Source of the DNA: a virus
Taxonomy: Duplodnaviria; Caudoviricetes
Direction: 5' to 3' (one strand)
Length of the DNA stretch: 57,157 nucleotides
IMG/VR virus record: IMGVR_UViG_3300025133_000125
Span: 1-57,157 of that record
Below the pieces are notes generated by a model. The model saw only the letters and a list, made by a program, of their open reading frames with translations, ran no database searches and was not told the DNA's origin. Of this stretch, positions 19,007 to 26,689 are shown piece after piece. Each line of letters starts with the position of its first letter. Within the stretch, counting starts at the first letter, position 1. The position numbers were made by a program, and so were the translations under genes.

Positions 19007-19342
19007 TTAGTATTCAAAACCCCAGGGTTCAGAATTATTTCCGCCCTTTATTGCATACCATATATCTTTAACTCTAAAATACCAAAATTTATTTGTCTCT
19101 AAAACATAAAATTCACCTTTAGGTGTTTTAAAACTTTTATTTGGTCCAAACTTAACTGTCATAGGTGCACCGTCATCCCACATCTTATCAGTCGTTTGAC
19201 CTTTTACCATCGTCCCATCACCAACAGCTTTATAAATTCTAGATCCTGGGTAATCTCCTTTTAGAGACGCCAAACCCTCAGGCATTCCTTCATTTAAAAT
19301 ACCTTCACATAGCATATCAATATTATCTTTTAACTTAATCAT
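19007..19342 (-). CDS. Putative head-packaged protein
   Basis: MIKLKDNI...GILNEG leader. Confidence 0.55.
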   Translation of the reverse strand: MIKLKDNIDMLCEGILNEGMPEGLASLKGDYPGSRIYKAVGDGTMVKGQTTDKMWDDGAPMTVKFGPNKSFKTPKGEFYVLETNKFWYFRVKDIWYAIKGGNNSEPWGFEY

Positions 19343-19713
19343 TAATAATCCTCACCAGCTATTGCTTCTTCAATTGCATCTTTAATATCTCCAGGCTCTA
19401 CATCAATCATACCATCCATATCGCCTTTCCATGTATCTATTTTATCACCGTTTATAAATAGCGCAATTGAAGGAAAATTTCTCAATCTTAATTTTTTACA
19501 ATATTTTTTTGTGTCTTCTGACATAGCTTTAATGATAATCGCATTTTCATGTCCCTTCACACCCTCAACGTATTTCATGCCATCACTTTCAGCCCACTTA
19601 GATGTAAATACAACTACAACTACTTTATCATTTATTCTTTCTTTAAAATTCTTATCAGTAACTTGTCCAAGCAAGGTAGATAAGAAAAATATTAATCCAA
19701 TTAAATATCTCAT
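19342..19713 (-). CDS. Exported thioredoxin-fold protein lacking CxxC
   Basis: Signal peptide; VTDKNFKE, VVVVFTSKWAES (WCxxC replaced), cis-Pro motif RNFPSIALFING. Confidence 0.75.
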   Translation of the reverse strand: MRYLIGLIFFLSTLLGQVTDKNFKERINDKVVVVVFTSKWAESDGMKYVEGVKGHENAIIIKAMSEDTKKYCKKLRLRNFPSIALFINGDKIDTWKGDMDGMIDVEPGDIKDAIEEAIAGEDY

Positions 19714-19722
19714 ATCTTACTC

Positions 19723-20319
19723 CTATTTCTTATCCTTTTTTCTTCGTTCAAGATCTTTAACATCTTTTTGTAATTCTTTCATTAAATCTTTTAACTCATC
19801 TAATGCACCAAATACATCATCTACATCATCTTGTAAACCGCCAACTTGAGACTTATATTGCTCAAAAGATCTTGGCCAATTATGGCCCCCTGGCTTTGAT
19901 GGATATTCCGCCTCATATAAACTTTCTAAACTCGGTAATTCTTTTGCTTCTTCAATCTCACTTTGTAATGCATACCACATACCAATCAATGAAGCAAGGC
20001 CTGTCCCAGCTGCTATCATAGTTTGAATTGATAATGTAAACTTAGTATCTAATACTTTATCTTCACTTATTTCGATTGGTTCTTTTTTCTTAGGTTCTAT
20101 TTTTTCAGCAATCACTTCTTGATGTTCTTCATGACCATTACCATTTTTTAATATAGTATCTGTTATATCCTCTAAAGAACAAAAACCTTTGTCAACAAGT
20201 ATTTCTCCAAGAGATCTTTTATCACCTTTAACTTGTGCCTGTAATGCTTGATTTAATTGTCTTCTTGTGATAATATCTTCATCACATAACAATTTACCTA
20301 TTTTAATATCTCCGTTCAT
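19723..20319 (-). CDS. MshEN-like (c-di-GMP receptor) domain + single TM + C-terminal coiled coil
   Basis: Two tandem 24-aa motifs, KIGKLLCDEDIITRRQLNQALQAQ and SLGEILVDKGFCSLEDITDTILKN, match RLGxxLLxxGLIxxxxLxxxLxxQ; TM LSIQTMIAAGTGLASLIGMWYAL. Confidence 0.75.
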   Translation of the reverse strand: MNGDIKIGKLLCDEDIITRRQLNQALQAQVKGDKRSLGEILVDKGFCSLEDITDTILKNGNGHEEHQEVIAEKIEPKKKEPIEISEDKVLDTKFTLSIQTMIAAGTGLASLIGMWYALQSEIEEAKELPSLESLYEAEYPSKPGGHNWPRSFEQYKSQVGGLQDDVDDVFGALDELKDLMKELQKDVKDLERRKKDKK

Positions 20320-20546
20320 AATATTTCTTTTAATACTTTCCTAAGCTTATTTGTGTCTCTATATTTTAATGCTTCTGCTAACTCTGTTTTTTGCTTAGCC
20401 CAAACAATTTTATCACTAAGCGATTCTAAAATAAATGATGCCCAATCAACTATAGCTTGATCGCTTTCATCTACTATATAATTAATTCTCTCACCAACTT
20501 TGCCGTCATCTTTGATGTAACTAGTTTTTTCTACACCTTTTTTCAA
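20316..20546 (-). CDS. Hypothetical protein
   Basis: TTG start with GGGAG SD; coupled to both neighbours. Confidence 0.6.
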   Translation of the reverse strand: MKKGVEKTSYIKDDGKVGERINYIVDESDQAIVDWASFILESLSDKIVWAKQKTELAEALKYRDTNKLRKVLKEIL

Positions 20547-20695
20547 CGTATTCTCCCATAAGGATTATTTTTAATTTTATTATCACCCTTAGCTAACCAT
20601 TTTTTATGTTGAACTGCAGTCCTACCTTCTGTTTTTAGCTTTTTATTTAATGCTGCTCTTTTACGCTTTCTATCTTTTGCTTTTTTATTTGGCAT
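20543..20695 (-). CDS. Small basic protein (50 aa; not in track)
   Basis: MPNKKAKDRKRKRAALNKKLKTEGRTAVQHKKWLAKGDNKIKNNPYGRIR; GGAG SD; fills the gap exactly. Confidence 0.7.
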   Translation of the reverse strand: MPNKKAKDRKRKRAALNKKLKTEGRTAVQHKKWLAKGDNKIKNNPYGRIR

Positions 20696-21279
20696 TAGTA
20701 ATACTCCGAGTAGAATGTAGCTGATGTATCTGTTCCTATAGCAACATTCTCAAATAATAGTAATCCGTTTTGTAATGTTTCGTTGTATGGATTCCAAAAA
20801 GTTCCCTCTACAACTCCATCAACTACATTATTTTCATTTCTAAGTATTGCTCCTTGAGCATTTGATGTGTAGTCTGACAAACCTACTATCTCTAATGTGA
20901 CACCCTTTGTAGATTGAGATGCTGGATTAACATAAGAACCCTCGTCAATTAAATCATCATTATTTATAGCATCAATGTCATATAAGATTAAAGCATAATG
21001 TTCTTTCTCAGGAGTTACTCTGCCGCCATCTTTTTGAAAGTGGATTACAAATACCTTTTTAACATCACCGCTATCTGTAAGCGTTCCCACACCGTAGGTA
21101 GTTACACTTTCATAATAATCATATACAGGTATTTCATCACCATTTAACCACATTTGAATTAACGCTTGTGGTTCTTCTTCATCCTTTCGGTCATCACAGC
21201 TTGACATCATAAATAATGATACCATCAATAACGAACCACAAATTACTCTTACTATATTATATACTTCTTCATGCTTCAT
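20695..21279 (-). CDS. Lipoprotein
   Basis: Hydrophobic stretch ending in lipobox-like MSSC, then an acidic linker and a beta-rich domain. Confidence 0.65.
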   Translation of the reverse strand: MKHEEVYNIVRVICGSLLMVSLFMMSSCDDRKDEEEPQALIQMWLNGDEIPVYDYYESVTTYGVGTLTDSGDVKKVFVIHFQKDGGRVTPEKEHYALILYDIDAINNDDLIDEGSYVNPASQSTKGVTLEIVGLSDYTSNAQGAILRNENNVVDGVVEGTFWNPYNETLQNGLLLFENVAIGTDTSATFYSEYY

Positions 21280-21280
21280 T

Positions 21281-22567
21281 CTAGAATCCCATAAATTGGT
21301 AGTTTAATCCAAACTTAAAGTCATAAGCTGGACGTTCCCAATAATATAAATATTTACCTTCGGCAAAGACTCCAAGATTGTCTTTTATTTTAACACCGAA
21401 TATCGCACCGTAATCATAATCATTCCATGTCATCCACATTGGATCCATATACATAAATTTATGTGGATCTTTGCCATCTTCTAAATGCGTAGCATAGTCT
21501 GCTGCATTATGATATGAATATTTGTCATGACCAAAATGATAAGGTAACCAATTACCCCAAGCATGAATCCACCAATTATCTGAATGATGATAATAATCCA
21601 TACCCAATACGATTGACGTTTCTTTTTGAAAACCAAGTCCTCGTTTAACTCCATCTATATATTCTTCTAACATACCTGGAAAATGATACACAAAATATTC
21701 TCTGTCTGTATAAGCAAATATTCTACCATCAGCATCTCTCCATAACCAATCGTGACCCCAATACTCTCCACCTTCATTCCAAAATGGACCAGAACCTTCA
21801 ATTGGTACCCATTCACCATTTACGTATTCTAATAGTTCGGATTCAATCCAATTACCATCTTCATCAATTGCATTTCCATCGGCCCACATATTATCGTCAA
21901 TACCAAAAGCATCTTCTGCAAAATCCCACCATGAACCACGATACCAAGTTGTGTCCAATACCATAGCATCAAATCCGTATACAGGATGTTGTCTATGTTT
22001 TGCACCAACACTTACTGTAAAGCCATTATCTAATACCGGTAACGTCCACTTTACTCTTAAATCACCTTGACTATATACAATATCTTCCAAGCCCAATTCT
22101 GACCAACCGACTTTGGCCATATACCAATCACCAGTATATCGTAACCAATATTCTTGATTAATGTATTCTTCGCCCCATTGACGACCTTCTGACCATTTAA
22201 ATAAGAATTCCCATCCTTTAACTGGTGCTATTGTTGCACTTTCATTAGCATTCTTTTCAGAACCATCGTACCAAGTACCACCTTTACCTGCGTTTTTAAC
22301 ACCTCGTTTTGGTTCATACTTAAATCTACCAATTTTTCTTAATCCAAATGATTTTTGAAAATCTGGCTGGAATTCTCTTTCATCCCTGGCGACTTCCAAT
22401 TGTCCAGTACTTAATCCACCAATTATACTGAATCTATCATCTTGATGCCGCGGAGCATTTAAGCTGAAACTTGCGTAAGCTGTAGAATATTTAAAAAATT
22501 TCCAAAGCTCTGTTTCAGCAAACAAAGATGAGGTTAACAGTAACCCAATTATAATGTTCTTTAACAT
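21281..22567 (-). CDS. Outer-membrane beta-barrel protein
   Basis: AGGAG SD before ATG 22567; signal peptide MLKNIIIGLLLTSSLFA; aromatic-rich alternating strands; C-terminal YDFKFGLNYQFMGF. Confidence 0.7.
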   Translation of the reverse strand: MLKNIIIGLLLTSSLFAETELWKFFKYSTAYASFSLNAPRHQDDRFSIIGGLSTGQLEVARDEREFQPDFQKSFGLRKIGRFKYEPKRGVKNAGKGGTWYDGSEKNANESATIAPVKGWEFLFKWSEGRQWGEEYINQEYWLRYTGDWYMAKVGWSELGLEDIVYSQGDLRVKWTLPVLDNGFTVSVGAKHRQHPVYGFDAMVLDTTWYRGSWWDFAEDAFGIDDNMWADGNAIDEDGNWIESELLEYVNGEWVPIEGSGPFWNEGGEYWGHDWLWRDADGRIFAYTDREYFVYHFPGMLEEYIDGVKRGLGFQKETSIVLGMDYYHHSDNWWIHAWGNWLPYHFGHDKYSYHNAADYATHLEDGKDPHKFMYMDPMWMTWNDYDYGAIFGVKIKDNLGVFAEGKYLYYWERPAYDFKFGLNYQFMGF

Positions 22568-22586
22568 CTGTTTTTCTCCTATTATA

Positions 22587-23657
22587 TTAAATATCAAATC
22601 TTATCACAAAAGATAAAGCTAACTCAGGATCATTTCGTATTGGTCGTGAAGTTTTAGCAATAGCCAGTAAATCACCAAAGTCGTTATACAACCCAACTGT
22701 TGTAATATATGGTGCAAAAAATGAATGCGTTACCATATTATCAGCAGCAGGTGCAGCATTATATCCGCTTGCTTTATATGCAAACTCACCAGGTGCCAAT
22801 ATTTGTCGTAATGCATCTGTGTCAGCAGCCACAGAAGCAGGAATTGTTAAACTACCGCTTCTTTCTTTTGTTGCACTTATATTCATTGTACCATTATATT
22901 TTTCCATTGGAATCATACATGTGTATTCATGTTCGTAAACTGTTCTTGTTGCATCAAAATCTAATTTCCAACCAGTTGCATTTGATCCACCTGCTACATT
23001 TTCGTAATAACTTCCTGTTGATGAAATCATAATTAGGCCGTGATCATATGAAATAACTCCAAGTGACGACCCGGATCCTTCTGCTGTAGGTGTACCAGCT
23101 TTGAATTCTGATTCATATGCTGAATCATATAAATTTCCGCAACCGTCATCTTTAACTATTACAGCCGATCCGTTAGAATAATCTGTAAGCTCTATTGATC
23201 CTGATTTTATTCCTTCACCAAAAATTTTCTGTGGTATACTGATAACATTAACATCATTATAGATTCTTCTTAGCCCAAGCTCTTCATAAAGCACAGATCC
23301 GGAAGATGCTGGATGCCCAAATGGCATATGATATGAATCTAAAACATGTTGTGGTTGTGGTGATTGATATAGTCTATTATCTGAATGCGCAAATTCAAAG
23401 AAATTTAATTTAAGTTGTCTATATAGGGGCTCTTTATAAATTTTTATAACTTCACCTTTAGAATTTGAAACTGTATTAACTGCTGATGTACTTGTTTGAA
23501 ACCCAGGATTTCCTATTAAGCTACCTGTAATTGCATGTAAAGCCATAATATCATAATCAGTAGCAGTATCGACACCACCATAATACTGTACTGAAAATGT
23601 TTTATTAATTTCGTATGGAGTTACTCTTTTATCTTCTTTTCTAATTGGTGTGAACAT
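22587..23657 (-). CDS. Baseplate/tail structural protein
   Basis: C-terminal YITTVGLYND..LLAIAKTSRP; paralog of 23715..24737. Confidence 0.7.
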   Translation of the reverse strand: MFTPIRKEDKRVTPYEINKTFSVQYYGGVDTATDYDIMALHAITGSLIGNPGFQTSTSAVNTVSNSKGEVIKIYKEPLYRQLKLNFFEFAHSDNRLYQSPQPQHVLDSYHMPFGHPASSGSVLYEELGLRRIYNDVNVISIPQKIFGEGIKSGSIELTDYSNGSAVIVKDDGCGNLYDSAYESEFKAGTPTAEGSGSSLGVISYDHGLIMISSTGSYYENVAGGSNATGWKLDFDATRTVYEHEYTCMIPMEKYNGTMNISATKERSGSLTIPASVAADTDALRQILAPGEFAYKASGYNAAPAADNMVTHSFFAPYITTVGLYNDFGDLLAIAKTSRPIRNDPELALSFVIRFDI

Positions 23658-23675
23658 ATGTATCCCATGTTTACA

Positions 23676-23683
23676 ATAAATAT
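23676..23683 (-). promoter_or_regulatory. Putative late promoter motif ATATTTAT
   Basis: Upstream of ATG 23657. Confidence 0.55.
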
Positions 23684-23714
23684 TCTACAACAATTAAAAT
23701 GACAACCTTTGAAT

Positions 23715-24737
23715 TTAGAAGTCTAATCTTACTTTTATCAATGCCTCTCTGCTAGATGATTTAAGTACTGGCCTAGAAAGTTTAGCAACAGCTAATAGTT
23801 CATTAGCATTATTATAAAGCCCTACCGTAGTAATATAAGATTGTGGATCTGTTCTAAATGAAGGAACTGCCAATTCATTTGTTGACGATGTAAAATATGT
23901 AGGATTCTGACTATGATTGTACATATTATGCTTAACTCTACAGAAATAATGTGTAGATCTTATTGATTCTTCTCTTCTAGATGAAAAGTAAGCGCCTTCT
24001 TGTATAGCTCGAACAAACCTTGCTGAATTACCGGCATCATCATCAGTAGATGTAACATAGCCTGCAAGAAAAGTTCCTGCACCTAATGCAGCTGCATCAA
24101 GTATTAATACACCTGATTCTGGATAAAATTTACCGAACGTGTCATCACCTGCTGGTGATACAGCAGTTCCAGAAGCAATAGAACCAGAAATTATATTAAA
24201 CTCTCTTGTTGTACTTTTAACTGTAGGGTCTTGTGTTGCGCCGCTATTATCAATAAGTTTTAAAAACCCTACACCTGATCCTGATAAGTGTAGTTCCCAA
24301 TTACCTGGATCCATCTTTTCTTTAAGGCGTCCACGATTTATAGAAATTGCAAATATTGCTTGTGATGATGTTGTATTTGTGCCTGCAGTGCCATCAAATT
24401 GAAAATACTCTGTATTTTGTGGCAATAATAAATTTCTAAACTGTCTATAAATTGCTTTTGATGCTGCATAATCTGCGTCACCAGTTTTAGAACCAGATCC
24501 TGCGTAGTGACCGTAAGCGGTAGAAAATTGTACAGAAGAAGTAGCATCAGTGCCAACCGGCCCCTGATATACATCTGAATAAAATTGTCCTGTGCTTCCA
24601 CTTTGCACAGAGGATGTATGAAAACTAGTTAGTGTTCCGACTCCGCCTGACCACATCCCTGAAGACACAATGCTTATCTGACTTGTGACCTTGTCATTTT
24701 CTTCTATTGTTGTGAATATACCTTGTTGTTGTGCCAT
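23715..24737 (-). CDS. Baseplate/tail structural protein
   Basis: C-terminal YITTVGLYNN.NELLAVAKLSRP; Ser/Gly/Thr-rich. Confidence 0.7.
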   Translation of the reverse strand: MAQQQGIFTTIEENDKVTSQISIVSSGMWSGGVGTLTSFHTSSVQSGSTGQFYSDVYQGPVGTDATSSVQFSTAYGHYAGSGSKTGDADYAASKAIYRQFRNLLLPQNTEYFQFDGTAGTNTTSSQAIFAISINRGRLKEKMDPGNWELHLSGSGVGFLKLIDNSGATQDPTVKSTTREFNIISGSIASGTAVSPAGDDTFGKFYPESGVLILDAAALGAGTFLAGYVTSTDDDAGNSARFVRAIQEGAYFSSRREESIRSTHYFCRVKHNMYNHSQNPTYFTSSTNELAVPSFRTDPQSYITTVGLYNNANELLAVAKLSRPVLKSSSREALIKVRLDF

Positions 24738-24758
24738 TCTAAGCTCTCCTATTCGCTA

Positions 24759-24766
24759 ATAAATAT
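24759..24766 (-). promoter_or_regulatory. Putative late promoter motif ATATTTAT
   Basis: Upstream of the AGGAG SD and ATG 24737. Confidence 0.55.
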
Positions 24767-24792
24767 TAAGCAATTGAGTTTTTATTTTTATC

Positions 24793-25131
24793 TTATTTCG
24801 GATTTACAGTAATCTTAATTTCTTTTGTTACACCTGAATTAATGCCGGTAACTTTTAATGTCACCTCTTGTGCTGTCTTAACATACTTTGATACCAAAGT
24901 AACAGCATTGCCTGTAATTACTTGAGGTCCGCCTTTTGGTTTCCCTATTGAAGGCGGCTTTGGTTTTTTAATATAAGGAACATTAGGTCTTTTTCTTGTT
25001 GCGCTTGGGGTTCTTCTTGCTTTTCTTTTAGTTTGTGCTACCTTAGTATCATTTATTCTTGATGCTGTTCTTCCTTGAGATTTAGAAGAAGCATTTCCCC
25101 TTGTCATTGTTTTATTTGTATTTTTTGGCAT
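24793..25131 (-). CDS. Basic low-complexity protein ending in Ig-like strands; possible frameshift extension of 25134..25928
   Basis: C-terminus aligns by eye with the C-terminus of 25948..26622. Confidence 0.6.
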   Translation of the reverse strand: MPKNTNKTMTRGNASSKSQGRTASRINDTKVAQTKRKARRTPSATRKRPNVPYIKKPKPPSIGKPKGGPQVITGNAVTLVSKYVKTAQEVTLKVTGINSGVTKEIKITVNPK

Positions 25132-25133
25132 TT

Positions 25134-25928
25134 CTATTTCTTTTTGCCCTTATCCATGCCTTTATCTTCAGGATCAAAACCTTTCGGTATCTGCCCTCTA
25201 AAAATAGAGTAATTAAAATTTTTGTATTGTTTGTTTGCCCATGATCCAAATACTACAACAGAGTAGCCTTTGCCACCTGCTTGAATTTTTTCAATTAAGT
25301 ATTCACCATTGTTTTGCGGCCAATAATTACCTTGTACTCTTATTACATCATTAGGAAGTGCATCAAATACTGTATCTAATTGAAATACACTTCTTTCATT
25401 TGGTAGAATTGCCCCAAATGAACCTTTTGTTCCTTCTGGAACTATTAAATTAGGATCATCAGCTGGCGCATCAGTTGTATCATCAGAAGATGATGCCTTA
25501 TAAGAGCCAACAAATAATTCTACAATTGTATCATCTGAAATTTCAAATATGTAATCTTCAATTTCATCTCCCATACCTGTAGTATTTGGTGCTATGTAAA
25601 TAGATGCATTTTCACCAGTTAGTGTTGCTGTATTTGGTATGCCCGCATCCATAACAGGTGTTTCCTTAGTGCCGGGTGGAAGTGTTATAAGTTTGTATTG
25701 TAATGCAATATCAGCTTTTGGCGATGCTTCTAAGATAGGCATATTTTCTATTTGAACACCATAATAGTTAGGGCCATTAGAATTAGATTCATTATACAGT
25801 GAGTAGTCAATCTCATCATCGCCTAATGCAAACTTTTCAATTTCAAATGAATTTGAGGATAACTTCTCTCTTCCCTTATTTGTTAGGATCGCATCGACAA
25901 TCAAAGTAGATCTATCTAAAAATGCCAT
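25134..25928 (-). CDS. Baseplate/tail structural protein
   Basis: DAILTNKGREKL...IEKFALGDDEIDY; paralog of 25948..26622. Confidence 0.7.
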   Translation of the reverse strand: MAFLDRSTLIVDAILTNKGREKLSSNSFEIEKFALGDDEIDYSLYNESNSNGPNYYGVQIENMPILEASPKADIALQYKLITLPPGTKETPVMDAGIPNTATLTGENASIYIAPNTTGMGDEIEDYIFEISDDTIVELFVGSYKASSSDDTTDAPADDPNLIVPEGTKGSFGAILPNERSVFQLDTVFDALPNDVIRVQGNYWPQNNGEYLIEKIQAGGKGYSVVVFGSWANKQYKNFNYSIFRGQIPKGFDPEDKGMDKGKKK

Positions 25929-25947
25929 TGATTGGTTCCTTTAGTTT

Positions 25948-26622
25948 TTAATTCGACGAAGCAGATGAAGCTAGATAATTTATTGTTACCGTACATGCTC
26001 TTGTTGCACCATACGTTAACCCTGTAATAATTATCGATGTCGTCGCATCATCTTGTGCTTGTAGTATTTCTTTTGCGTGAACAGTACATTCTGTGCCATA
26101 AACAGTTTGACTCATACTTTGTTTGCTTGTAGAATAATTAATATTACTAGGAGCAACAGTGGATGATGCTGTTGATAAATAAGCAATTGAAGAATTCAAA
26201 ATTGTAAATGAATATCCATCCTCATCTGTATCACCATTACCAGGCAAATCTTTTGTATTGGGAGTAATAGTTTTACCGCCCCCTGCTGTACCATCTCCAG
26301 CATTCCAATCTACAGTATATCCATTTTCAACATTATAAATACTGGACATTTTATTTGTGCCTGTTTCTCTTGTTACAAGCTTATATCTCATTGTAGTATT
26401 TGCGTTTGATGTGGGCTCTAATAGTGGTAATGATTCTATTACATTACCATAATAGTCAGTCCCAAGTGGATTTGTTTCATTCCAGAGGGAATAATCTACT
26501 TCATCATCTGCAAGAGCAAACTTTGTTATTTGGAATTCATTTTGACCACGTGCTAACAATTCACGACCTTTTTTTGTTAGAACTGCATCCAAAATTGTTG
26601 TTGCATTATTTAGATATCCCAT
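25948..26622 (-). CDS. Baseplate/tail structural protein
   Basis: DAVLTKKGRELLA...ITKFALADDEVDY. Confidence 0.7.
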   Translation of the reverse strand: MGYLNNATTILDAVLTKKGRELLARGQNEFQITKFALADDEVDYSLWNETNPLGTDYYGNVIESLPLLEPTSNANTTMRYKLVTRETGTNKMSSIYNVENGYTVDWNAGDGTAGGGKTITPNTKDLPGNGDTDEDGYSFTILNSSIAYLSTASSTVAPSNINYSTSKQSMSQTVYGTECTVHAKEILQAQDDATTSIIITGLTYGATRACTVTINYLASSASSN

Positions 26623-26668
26623 TTTTCTATTCTCCGTATTTAAAGATATTTTTAGAACATTTCATTTA

Positions 26669-26676
26669 ATAAATAT
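26669..26676 (-). promoter_or_regulatory. Putative late promoter motif ATATTTAT
   Basis: Intergenic, upstream of ATG 26622. Confidence 0.55.
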
Positions 26677-26689
26677 TGTAAAATTAAGT

